Source of the DNA: Eledone cirrhosa | Taxonomy: Eukaryota | DNA: 64,000 bases | Assembly (NCBI GenBank): GCA_964016885.1 | Contig: OZ024743.1 | Location: 23,250,001 to 23,314,000, forward strand | Reading direction: 5' to 3' | Shown: positions 51,829 to 64,000 of the stretch, in pieces | How the letters are laid out: each line of letters begins with the position of its first letter | How positions within the stretch are numbered: position 1 is the stretch's first letter | The notes under the pieces: generated by a model | What the model saw: only the letters and a program-made list of their open reading frames with translations | The model's database searches: none | Told to the model about the DNA's origin: nothing | Made by a program: the position numbers and the translations under genes

Positions 51829-54381
51829 CACCTACATATTTTTGTATTATTCTGTCTTCGGATAATAGATACAGCAACACCTATCTTGAGATCATCTTGT
51901 AAGATGTATTATAGAAATATAAACTATTAAGCAATCCAAATATATGGTTCGTTAATTTATCATATACGGAAGGGTGAAAAGTAAATTGTCCTTGCGGGGA
52001 TTTGAATGTTGAACGTAAATGGGATAACTAAACATAGCAAGGCATTTTGTCTGGCATTCTAATGATTTTTGCCAATCCATCGCTTCTCGGGTTTAGAGCA
52101 GTGTTTACTTTATTTATTTTTTTTACATGTGTGTAAACTTAGTTAATAAGGCGGCGAATTGGCAGAGTCGCTAGAACGTCGGATAGAATGCTTTATGTTA
52201 TTCTCTGAGTTCAAATCCCGCCGAGGTCAGCTTTGCCTTCCATCCTTTTGAGTCTAGTACTGGGGTCGAATCTTTCTCTCTCTGGAAGAAATCTACTGTA
52301 CTCAGGCCTGGAGAGGGATGGGCTCCACCAGGCTTAAAATGCCCAAGAAACACCGTATGTCCACATGGCGCTCCTACGACTCTATGAGGAGTTACGGGAG
52401 CATACATACATACAATGTATAAAACTTAGTTGATAGTTAATCATGTTAACGTCCGAAGGAAAAATGTTAATCTTATGAGAGCACCGAGTCAATTGAGCTC
52501 TGAATCACCAGACCAGAGATTGGTGGTTTGTGTTCTGTCAACGACGCAACTTTGCTTTTGTAACAAAATATATTTACTGTTAGTTCTCAATATTTTCGTG
52601 TATTTCTTGGTTGTCTAACCCCTCGACAACCTTAGAAAGCACACTTATGATCAACGGCGTTCCAGTCGAGACAATCTTGTAGTTTTATTTTTTAACATTA
52701 TATATATAGGACTACACTACCTAATGTGTCTTTTTTTCTAAAAATAACAGGTGTAATTTAAGCTGCTACTACTCGCAAGTCGAGTAAGTGTATAGTGTCT
52801 CTCTCATTGATTCTTATAGCTGCAACTTATTTAAACTGAAGACCGTTTCTACACATGAAGATTCAACCATTTTGCTTTTCATCTTGCACATTTCGCGTAT
52901 TTCGGCAAGAAACCAGTTCATTCTATATCGAAACCAAAATATATTGTACTAAAAATAGCGGTTAAGATAGTTTAAAATATTAACACAATGATTCAATTAC
53001 AAGATAAATATATTTGGTGGTAGCTAGTACCCGATGCTCCAAGAATATATCCTGGTGTTTATTTATCCAAGAATCCAGGAGCATTTATCTTCGCAGCGAT
53101 TAATGTGGACATTTTTCTTCCTCAGTTTTGTTGATAAAGGTGTTTTGGCGAACTGCCATAAACTGCCCGTAGTTTTTATTTCTTGTTCTTTTTATTTCAG
53201 TTTTTTTTTCTTTTCTCTACCCTAGAGAGTAAGTTATATAAGTGTAGAGACTTGTAAAGAAAAATACGACTATCATCTTATAGGATGTGTCTACAGAAGC
53301 CAACCATTGTAGTTGTAAATATGGCAGTCGGTATCGTAGTTTTCACCTAAAAATATAATCAAAATAATTGCTGTAACTAATATTGCATACTACTGTCTAA
53401 TCACGTTATATATCACCACGCATGCTTGAAGTGCGGTTGGTTGAAAGTCATGGTAAGGCAAACCAATTTTTAGCTAATGGCATCAGCCAGAATTAGAAAC
53501 TGTGTTAAGTAATAACGGAAAAAATATTTTCTGCCAGGCTAACTAATACTTTGTTGCGACATGTTGAAAAGTAATCAGGTTGCTGGTATTCTAGCTTGAG
53601 GTTCTTTATACAGTTAGTGTATAACAAATCAAATAAGGAACTTTCGTATCAAAACAAAGGCTTAAATTTATTGAAGAGGAATACTGTCGATTAAATAGAC
53701 CCCAGTCAACAAAAGGTACTTATTTTATAGATCATGCAGGGTGAAAAGATAAGTTGACTATTGTTAGATTTGAATTCAGAAGGTAAAGAGACATAACATT
53801 ATCCTGTAAGACTAGAACTTTACCGTTTCTTCCACCAGACATTGTATGAATCAGTAACTCTTGATGGAGTCGTAGGGGCACCGTAGTGATATACAGCGTA
53901 TATCTTGGATATTATAAACCTAACGGGACCCAACAACTCTCCAAGGCGGAATGCAGCCGATTTCTTACAGAGAAGGAGAGAGGAAGAGATATAGAGGAAG
54001 AGTCGACCCAGTACTGAACAGATACTTTTTATCGATCTTGAAAGAATGAATAGCAAAGTTCACAGATCATGCTACACGACGTTCTAACGACTCTGCCGGT
54101 TCTTAGCCCACACCAAACACTGGGCCTGTACATAAAAGATATTCATGCTGCATAGGGTTAAAGACGATGCTTTTATCTACTAAATTCTTGAATAACTCAG
54201 CTGATCGAGGTTTGCAACTTACTGAATTACATATGCAAGGACCCACAGTATTTGTGTGTGTATATATATATTTATATATATATATATTTATATATATAAA
54301 TTGAAACAAAATGAAAACGAAATTTCATTTCTCACTCTTAGTATGGCACTTACTAACGTTCAACTATCTGGCAGATGGGTA

Positions 54382-54426
54382 AACGGTGCTGATGATAGCT
54401 AACAAGCTTGAAACTAGTACATCGTT
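54382..54426 (+). ncRNA. Minimal type I hammerhead (family F), tandem copy 1
   Basis: aacggtg-CTGATGA-tAGCT aaca AGCTt-GAAA-CTA-GTA-catcgtt: 7-bp stem I, palindromic stem III ACTAGT, GUA site. Confidence 0.8.
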
Positions 54427-54853
54427 CCTGTGTCAGTGTTGAACAAAAAGGTGACGTGGTTGCCTTAACACCGTATGGCATAAATTCAGGCTGTTCAGTT
54501 TGTTTACAAACGAACAAAGCGACGTTAGCGCCGCTAAACTGATACGTGCATATATGTATGTGTACCTGTATGCATATGTATGTATATATGTATATATATA
54601 TATATATATATATGTGCATGCTACTGTACGTCTGTATACATATATGTATGTACGTATACATGCATACTTACATTTAAGTAAGTGCCATACTAAGAGTGAG
54701 AAATGAAATTTCGTTTTCATTTTGTTTCAATTTATCGTTTTCGGTATGCCTGACCGATTTAACTCACTCAATATGCAAATTAGGCTGCTCAGCCGTTAAT
54801 TTTCATAAGGAAAGTATATACTTTCGAACGTTCAACTATCTGGCAGATGGGTA

Positions 54854-54898
54854 AACGGTGCTGATGATAGCTAACAAGCTTGAAACTAGTACATCGTT
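54854..54898 (+). ncRNA. Minimal type I hammerhead (family F), tandem copy 2
   Basis: Identical to 54382-54426, 472 nt downstream. Confidence 0.8.
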
Positions 54899-55142
54899 CC
54901 TGTGTCAGTGTTGAACAAAAAGGTGACGTGGTTGCCTTAACACCGTATGGCATAAATTCAGGCTGTTCAGTTTGTTTACAAACGAACAAAGCGACGTTAG
55001 CGCCGCTAAACTGATACGTGCATATATGTATGTGTACCTGTATGCATATGTATGTATATATGTATATATATATATATATATATGTGCATGCTACTGTACG
55101 TCTGTATACATATATGTATGTACGTATACATGCATACTTACA

Positions 55143-55272
55143 TTTATATATATATATATTTATATATATATATATTTATATATATATATATTTATATATA
55201 TATATATTTATATATATATATATTTATATATATATATATTTATATATATATATATTTATATATATATATATT

Positions 55273-55303
<31 letters not shown>

Positions 55304-55334
55304 ATTTATATATATATATATTTATATATATATA

Positions 55335-55387
<53 letters not shown>
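55143..55387. repeat. Higher-order (TA)n tract punctuated by ttt every 14-16 nt
   Basis: Direct observation. Confidence 0.9.
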
Positions 55388-55516
55388 GTATATGTGAGTG
55401 TGTATGTGTGTATATACATATATATATACTGTATATACATATATATACCTATAATGGCTAGTAGACAACTGATGATGGATAGTCCTGGCTTCTATTTCTA
55501 ATTCTTCATTTTAATT

Positions 55517-55555
<39 letters not shown>

Positions 55556-56597
55556 ATAAATTATCGAGATTCGCATTTCGGCCCACGAAATAACGAAAAA
55601 CAACATCCGAGATGTGCGGCAAGTGCTCAATGATTCAGAAGAACCAGAGCTATAACAAACGTTAAAGGCCAAACACACTGAGACGATGGTTAAAGAATCA
55701 TTCGCATAGCCAAAAAAAACAATCAAGTAATTCGGGTATTGAAAATTTACCCGGACCCCTGGAAGGTTGGTAAAATCCAGTATATGGGTTTCTGCGGCTC
55801 CTAAATCAAGTACCGTCACCTTACATATATAATGTCAGGCTTCTGGTAAGATGATTGAACAAGGAAGCCACTTTCTCAACAGGTTTTAGTTCAATGTTAA
55901 TACAAGGACTGACTATTGCTGACCCCACGTGGGGATCGGCAAGGGAGGCAACCCCTATATCTGGCGAATGAATTCAGTTGTGAATATATATATATATATA
56001 TATATCGTATCTCCAAGGAAATACGGTTTTAGGAAGCCGTAGCTATGCAAACACCGGGGGGCTAACACCCTCTAGTGATGTCCAGCAGAAGCAAGGGGGA
56101 CAACCGTCTATGCATTTCAGGCTTAACTGGCCTTTGTCAGGACGGTCCCTCCCACCGCTTGCGATACCTCAGGCTAGCGTGAACAATAACTAAAATAAGT
56201 TACTGGGATAAAAAGAATTGGGTGCAGAAAGAGAGAGAGGTAAACAAACACGAATGGTGAGGCAACGTAAAGAGAGGAAAAAATGAGAAAATCAAGTCAA
56301 TGATTCATTTGACCATAAGAATTTGCGAATATTGACGAGAAGACGAAAGACACATCTTAACCGTGCGAAAGTAAGCGAGGAAAGAATTTCGCACGGTGTG
56401 GGACGATGGAGGAAGTGAGAGAGAGGGTGAGTAGCAGAGAGTGGGTGAGTGAAAGTGTGAGGAAGAGGCTAGCCGAGAGAGGATGACTAGCAGAGGGGGT
56501 GAATGAAAGTAAGAGGGAGAAGGAGAGAGAAGGGGGAGAGAGAAAGAGGATAGCAGTAAGGGAAGAGAAAAAGACAGGTCACAACGAAGGGAAAAGC

Positions 56598-56692
56598 ATA
56601 TAGGAATGAAAAATGGCGTGCTGTGTTGTTGCAAATGTGAATTTGTATATCACATTTGCAACAACACAGCACGCCATTTTTCATTCCTATAT
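56598..56692. repeat. Perfect hairpin, 43-bp arms, 9-nt loop
   Basis: atataggaatgaaaaatggcgtgctgtgttgttgcaaatgtga followed by its exact reverse complement. Confidence 0.9.
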
Positions 56693-56804
56693 ACGTGTGT
56701 GTGTGTGTGTGTGTGTGTGTATAAAAGGTAAACAGAAATAACACAATCGGTACAGTATATGGAAGGAATATATTAGTTTAACGCTTGATATAGCAGGAAG
56801 AGGG

Positions 56805-56840
56805 TCTTAACTTTTCGGACGCTAATCCTTCATCAGGAGA
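56805..56840 (-). ncRNA. Minimal hammerhead (family A), mutated
   Basis: Reverse complement CTGATGAaGGATtagcGTCCGAAAaGTTaaga. Confidence 0.5.
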
Positions 56841-57582
56841 AAGAATGAGAAATTAGAAAGATTGAAGGGACGAGCATAGCGGAATCGGAAAAATTGTTTT
56901 TAGAGAAAAATAACAGGTCTATTCATGTTGCCATAGAAATGCCGTGTGCCACTACGGCACCCCACAACTTTATCAGCTGTTACTGATCCCGACACACAAT
57001 ATATTCGTTTATTATACTGCAGAAATGTATTTTTATACTTTAAAATAGTGGACATTCCAGATATCTAGATGACTATTAATTGTCAGAGCTGTTTATCACA
57101 TAAGCACATTGAGCAGTTGCCAGGGATACGTATTTTTAGGGGTTCAGAGATTCGATTTGAAAAATAAAAATTAAGGTTCCTACTATTAATATGTACACAG
57201 TTTGGAAACTATGGTAAAACTGCCTTCTAAATGCAAATGTTCACCAGCTCAAATAAATTGTTTTAAAATTTGCATTTAATAAAGAAAGTGAGAAATTATT
57301 ATTAGCTACACAACGCCATCATGAAGTAGAGTTTGGTATCAAAACTGTAAAGGTAAAAATGTCACCAGTATTTAGTACAGTGTAGCGCCCTGGAAAATTA
57401 AGCTTGTCTGTCTGTCACGAAACTCATCCAACATCGTGGAACCAATCGGGTGATTTTTGAATTTATGACATTACTTTCGGTTTTGAAAATGAACAGTTAT
57501 TAACATTACGTTTGGCGATAATTATTTTTTATAATTACGTTTGGCGATTTTAATTTTCTGCTTAGAATGATTTTTTTTTTTC

Positions 57583-57637
<55 letters not shown>

Positions 57638-58063
57638 TTATAAGAACAGATTAAAGTTTAAGCAAAGAATCGCTGCTTTCACCCTTAACGGATTTTAGTC
57701 TTCACATTTATTATTACTCTATATATATAACAAAGGTGTGGTAAAGAACCAGGTGGACCATAACGCACCAGAGTACACGATGCTTTGGGTAGTAGAGTGG
57801 GTAATAGGAAAAGAGTCAGGACCCCGACGGCTGAGCTCCGCAGTTCGGATCTAGCTGTCGAAACGGCCGGACCTCAGCCGTCGGAGTCATGACTCTTTTC
57901 CTATATGTGTGTGTGTGTGTGTGTGTTAAGTCTGGTGGTTCACCATTGGATAGAACTGGTCATTCTGTATAGTTAATCATGATATAATAGTAGGAAAAGC
58001 ACTTGACGTTATGCCACTCATCCATCTTTGATGTTGAATATTGTCGATAGTGCGGGAACGGAG

Positions 58064-58250
58064 TTAATTATTATTGAGTAAAATGACAGGAGGCCGGACT
58101 GGTGAAATTACTTCAAAGATTTATTTCAGCAAACACTATGTACATTTCAGTGGCCACTAAGATCCTGGCCACTGAAATGTACATAATGTTTGTTGAAATA
58201 AATCTTTGAAGGAATTTTACCAGTCCGGCCTCCTGTCATTTTACTCAATA

Positions 58251-58252
<2 letters not shown>
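58064..58252. repeat. Palindrome (arms about 88 bp), family E related
   Basis: Centre near 58161; contains GAAA-tgtac-ATA, resembling a hammerhead 3' half. Confidence 0.8.
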
Positions 58253-58349
<97 letters not shown>

Positions 58350-58402
58350 GGAAAAATTGAACAGGGACAAAACAGAGAGGCAGTACAACGAATGTTTATT
58401 AA

Positions 58403-58520
58403 TTCTCACCTGAGGAAGGGCTTATGCCCGAAACGTCGTCCCCCACCAACACCCCACTCTTGAGAGTGGGGTGTTGGTGGGGGACGACGTTTCGGGCATA
58501 AGCCCTTCCTCAGGTGAGAA
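58403..58520. ncRNA. Perfect palindrome with mirror minimal hammerheads (family G: 58406-58440 +, 58483-58517 -)
   Basis: CTGAGGA-a-GGGC ttat GCCC-GAAA-C-GTC; 58-bp arms, 2-nt loop; stem I only about 2 bp. Confidence 0.65.
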
Positions 58521-58663
58521 GTGTGTGGGAACAGAGTTCAAAGGGTGTGTAGGGGAGTGGTGGAGAGACATATAGCGAAAGGAAACGATGCGAATGAAAA
58601 AATAAAAAATAAAGATAAAAATAAAAATAAAGATAAAAATAAAGCATGATCAAAATACAAGGA

Positions 58664-58703
<40 letters not shown>

Positions 58704-59282
58704 GTGTGTGTGTGTGTATATAAAGTCCACCTAAGTTACATGCATCTCCTGACGAAGAGCTAAAGCCCGATATGTTGAACTCATTTTTTAATCTTTCATC
58801 TAAGCGTGAATCTAATAACATTAATTGCATTGTCTTTGTGTTTGCCATTTTTTAAATATATGGTTCCCAGCCGAAGCTGCGGGAAATGTATATGTAAAGA
58901 CACATTTTTTTTTTTTTTTTTTTCATGTTTCATCATTTACGTATTTCATCTTATTTACGTATTTCTTCCTAGACTGAAAAAGATGAACAGCTTCACTCAA
59001 CTTTCGATCTCTCTTCTGAACTTTATCAGTAACAGTTTTGATTGCGTTTTTCTTCGTGGATTAAGCAAATCTGAATGTTGACAGTATGTTAGCGTATTGT
59101 AAAATGCTACAACGCCGACGTAACTATAAAATAGTTGAACAAGCTGATTATATAAACATCTTATAGATAAGACTTATAGAAAAATAGTCAAATGGACAGT
59201 TTCGCTTTACAGTAATAGTAATACAGCCGTTTCTCATACGGCAGCTGTGAGTTCGATTCCCGCAATATATTACTAATATATA

Positions 59283-59356
<74 letters not shown>

Positions 59357-60126
59357 AACAAAATTCGAAGAGGACTCTATAAAGATTGTGCATATATATA
59401 TATATATTTGTTAGACACGCAGTGACTAACAACAGATTAAGTCTGCATGTCTGACATATATGCGTAGCTTGTGAATAAAAAATTCAAGGGGTTTCGCTGG
59501 CCGTGGTGATTCCTGCCAAACAACATTTGTAATGTATCGTCTTATTGGCTAATCAACCAATGAGAGTAATTGTTGCTCAAAAGCATCCGCCACTTTGTTT
59601 GCACGTTTATTTATCGTTTCGCTTTCGAATCTTCCTCCTGTATTTCGTCGTTTATCATCAAAATATTCTTCTCGTTTTGCTAAGTTATATTGTTAATTTA
59701 TATATGATTTTTTAAATTTATATTAACTATTTTTTTTCAGTTCGTTATAACATGCTTATAATATTGGTTGTATCATATTTACTTGAATATTTGTCCATAT
59801 TATTGTTCGTTTTATGTTAGATTATTTTATATTATGTTAGATTATTTTTTTATTATTATGTTAGACTATTTGTATGTAATATTTAATTTGTATTAATTCA
59901 ACTATAACAATTATTTTGTAAAATATATTTATTTAATATTGATTATTTTTTGTAGTTGTTTATATTAAAAGTCTGAAAATATTTTAATACATCTTACAAT
60001 AATATTTATAAGATCATTTATAAAATAACAATTATATAATCTAATTACATTACAACGATAATTTATTATTAATATATATAATGTTTAACTAGAGTTATTA
60101 CAAGCGTTGCCTTAAAAAAATATTAA

Positions 60127-60512
60127 ACTAGACCTGAAAAATGCGCAAGCTCAAAAGAGCCACAGAATGTTATAATAAACTTTCAAAAGTGTGGGACTAG
60201 AGTTGTTGGTCAAAAATATTGTAATCATTATCTATCGTACATTCTGTGACATCCTTTTATAAAAAAGAGACTCATAACGAACTCAAGACGACACGATAAT
60301 TATTTAAGTGAATTTATAATATAGAATTCGGTTTAAGTGCATTTCGTATTAATCATTACTAAACATCTCTTTTTTTTTATAAAAGGATGTCACAGAGTGT
60401 ACGATAGATAATGATTACAATATTTTTGACCAACAACTCTAGTCCCACACTTTTGAAGGTTTATTATAACATTATGTGGCTCTTTTGAGCTTGCGCATTT
60501 TTCAGGTCTAGT
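60127..60512. repeat. Inverted repeat, arms about 145 bp, spacer about 95 bp, ending at (TA)n
   Basis: 60127-60270 vs 60366-60512, with a few mismatches. Confidence 0.85.
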
Positions 60513-60603
60513 ATATATATATATATATATACAAAATTAAATTAAGGGTGTCATGTATGAGAGACATACGCCATACCCACTGTAGAATATACTCAAAGAT
60601 TCC

Positions 60604-60655
<52 letters not shown>

Positions 60656-60905
60656 TATAAGTATATATAAACCCGTAGAGCAAATATTTATTATTAGTAC
60701 AGATTAAAATCTTAAGCAATAAATTACAGCATTCACCCTAAGCGGGATCTTATATATACGTGTCAGTATTCTACCTAATCAGATAAGGATTTGTAATCGT
60801 TTTCGAACTCCATGTAATGCTGACGTGAATATCCCATCGAATCAAAATGAAATCTGGTTTACTGGGAAGATGATATCTTCGTACATGTCGTTGAGTATTC
60901 AAAAT

Positions 60906-61157
60906 CATTGCAGGATTTACCATTGTCCTTAGGTGTGCTTAAGCACAGGGTCCCGTTGGCTGGGGCGGGATGGGGCATCTTCCTGCCCCAAATCAGTGCC
61001 GGATTTACCACTATCCTTAGGTGTGCTTAAGCACAGGGTCCTGTTGGCCGGGGGACATCTTCCTGTCAAGAAAATCTTTTTACCTCCTTCAGGGCCCAAA
61101 TAAGGGGCCTCATAACTTAACTAGCACAGGGCTTCATTTGTCCTAAATCCAGCACTG
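60906..61157. mobile_element. hAT-type MITE with internally duplicated left end
   Basis: Exact 8-bp TSD TTCAAAAT (60898-60905, 61158-61165); TIR cattgcaggattta / reverse complement cagtgctggattta; second left end at 60994. Confidence 0.85.
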
Positions 61158-61617
61158 TTCAAAATCACAGAGTTTGATAATATAATGTTAAACAATCAAA
61201 GAATGAGACAAAAACAAGATGAAGCAATTAATGTAACCATTGTTTTGCAATCGCTTCAGAGAGCAGAATTATCGATTAGTAGTAGGATTATCGATGGTGG
61301 TTATGCGGTTATACGGCAGAGTAGATTCACTTTTTTCGAAGCTGGTGTTAGGGAGTTGCATATATGCCATTTGGTCTGCACATCGATAGTTACTCTCTGA
61401 AACATGTAGTCTAGTTACAGATTCATGTTTTTGATTCTATCCATCGATCAACCAATATGCAGCCTTCAAAATAATAAGTTACGTTCTAAACACTAACCTA
61501 ATGATGAGAAAGTTAATTATATTACTAACTCTCTTCTGGTATATATATATTTATAAATATATATATAGTAAAATAAAACAAGGACGATTGGCTACCCCTT
61601 CATTACGTTTATTGGTT

Positions 61618-61702
61618 GGTGACGCGTGTTTCGCCACTGATCAGCTCAAGGTTTGATCTGTATCGATCTAGCCTCACTCTGTAATCTGCGGCTCGTCAGA
61701 CC
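61618..61702 (-). ncRNA. Type I hammerhead (family H) in fold-back 61575-61828
   Basis: Reverse complement ggt-CTGACGA-GCCGC...GTGGC-GAAA-Cacgc-GTC-acc: all core bases present, GUC site. The + arm lost GAAA by deletion. Confidence 0.75.
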
Positions 61703-61939
61703 CCTTACATGTTTCCATTACCATTGCAAGGGGTCTGACGAGCCGTGGATTACAGAGTCGGGCTAGATCGATAACGCGCGTCACCAACCAATACACGTAA
61801 TGAAGGAGTAACCAATCGTCCTTGTTATCATATTTCACTATAATACACTCTGTCTAGCTCTACACCTCGACACTGAAGTGAACCTAAACATCGAGTGCTC
61901 ACCCGGGTGAACCTACAGTAACTCCAAGTTACACTCCCT

Positions 61940-62007
<68 letters not shown>

Positions 62008-63457
62008 TCTTTTCCACTCCCTCTTTATACATATAACTTTGCAATGGTATTTTCTCAGCTCATTACGTATTGAGTTCAAATTCTGCGAACTTAGCTTTAT
62101 CTTTCAGCCGTCTTCCAAGATCGATGCATTGGGTTAGAATTGATCCACTAATACAAATATCTGGTCTTGCTCTTATGCCAGAAGCTGGTAGCAATCATAT
62201 CATTGGTTGACCATGCCGAGCTTCATGTCCATGGAAACTAGAGATTTGCATCGATGTTCATCCTTCTTACAGCAGCTCTGTTGTTATTTAACCCCAGGTT
62301 TATTCTGTTTGAACAAAACTGCACCCAATGTCACTTCAGTTATGATTGTATATCAAAGACTAGATTGGTTGATATATCTAATGTGTTTTACGTTTTTTTT
62401 TTCCTTATTTTATTTATTTATTTTTGTAGCTTTATTTTTAATCGATGGAGTGGGATTTGAAGGAATTTGGCTGCTATTTATAATAGGTCGAGTCACTATG
62501 TAGATATCTCCCTATAGCACGTATACACACAACAGAACAACTGAATATGATTAACCCTTTTGATACAGTATTTTCAATTCAAAGAAACTCTCTCTCTCTC
62601 AACAGGACGGCCCTAGAACTCCATCAGGAAATATTTAGTAGAAGTATTAGTGGATCAATTCTACTCTAATTTATCGACCCGGGAAGGCTGAAAGACAAAG
62701 ATAAGCTCGCAGAATTTGAACTCAAAACGTAAAGGGCCGAGAAGATACCGCAAAGATACTGCGTTTTGTCTGGGACCTTCACAATTCTGCCAACGCATAC
62801 ATACATTTCATCATAAGAACATGGGCGATTTCAGGTGGAGTGGTATCAACAGGTTAATGTCAGACAACTGGCGTCACCATGAAGATAAGCACAATAAAAA
62901 TAGAAAATTAATTCACAAATGAATAGATAAATGAAACTATCCCGTGACAGATTTTTGTTAACAGGTCATGGAATGGGACAAAAATACTTTGATTACTAAC
63001 AAATGCTTCTGACATAAGAGCAAGGCCAGATATTTATTTAGTAGAAGTGTTAGTGGATCAATTCTATCCTAATTTATCAACCGAAGAAGGCTGAAGATAA
63101 AGCTAAGCTCGCAGAATTTGAACTCAAAACGTAAAAAGCTGAGAAGATACCATTGCAAATGTATGTGTATAAAGGGAGAACTATGGGGAGTGGAGTAGAA
63201 TATTTATATACCTATCTAATATACAGTTAATGGGATGTGGTAAATCAATTTATACATATATACCAGGTTCGAACACAATGGAAAAAACTGCCGCTGTCAC
63301 TACCTCCGTCTCTTACGCTCTCCCCATCTCTCACTATTATGAGCAAATGGGGGCCCACGCTCTGGCCATCCCGCAGCCCCGGCGGGCAGAATAGAGAAGG
63401 CGTTTCGCCGAGAGTTTTGTCCGAGACTTTTACAATTCTGCCAATCTACCACCCTAT

Positions 63458-63680
63458 AAATAATTGTTTCTACTTTAGGCACAAGGGCAGCAATTTGAAG
63501 GGGAGGGGAAGTCAATTAAATCGAACCCAGTGCATTACTGATGCTTTATTCTATCGACCCCATAAGGATGAAAGGCAAAGCTAACCTCGGCGGGATTTGA
63601 ACTCAGAACATAAAGGGCTATAACTCTATACTGCAAAGCATAGTGTCTGAGTCTCTACTGATACTGCCAATCCGCCGCGC
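63458..63680 (-). mobile_element. tRNA-derived SINE type 1 (further decayed copies to 64000)
   Basis: Same head, central domain and tail as the other copies. Confidence 0.85.
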
Positions 63681-64000
63681 TCTTCTCTAGACAGAAGGCC
63701 AGCAATTGTGGAGAGAAGAAAGTCGATTATATCAACTCAAGTATTTGACTAGTACTTTATTTTATCGACCTCAGAAGCATGAAAAACAAAGTTGACCTCG
63801 GCGGGATTTGATCTCAGAATGTAAAGAGCAGAACAAATACTTCAAATCATTTTACCTGATGTTCTAACGAATCTGTCAATCTACCACTTTTATAGATGGT
63901 TTATAATGATTTCAAAATTTGGCACAAGATCATAAATTAAGGGGGAGGGGAAAGTCGATTATATCCTCCCGTTACTTTGCTAGTACTTTATTTTATTGAT

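Noticed and set aside
56598-56692. Hairpin as a pre-miRNA
   Set aside because: Perfect arms next to a (TG)n tract fit the window's fold-back class; no small-RNA evidence is available.

Overview
AT-rich, microsatellite-saturated animal genomic DNA. The repeat content ((TA)n/(CA)n/(GAT)n tracts, RTE LINEs, tRNA-derived SINEs) suggests an octopus/cephalopod, but this is inference. One clear protein-coding gene is present: a glycogen-targeting PP1 regulatory subunit (PPP1R3/Gbs-76A-like) on the minus strand, with a single coding exon at 43874-45172. Most of the rest is transposon debris: RTE LINE fragments (one with a PHD finger after the RT), an L1/Tx1 fragment, mariner/hAT/piggyBac-type MITEs and two SINE types. 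Two things stand out. (1) About 20 hammerhead-ribozyme motifs from at least 8 unrelated sequence families lie in short elements inserted into (TA)n tracts, mostly as fold-back palindromes. One related element keeps a Penelope-type endonuclease C-terminus, and one is a 472-bp tandem that looks retrozyme-like. (2) A 47-codon ORF below the ORF-track cutoff (29347-29490) carries a full BH3 consensus and looks like a Noxa-sized BH3-only protein. All calls were made by eye. Repeat boundaries are approximate (about +/-10-20 nt) and no searches were run.
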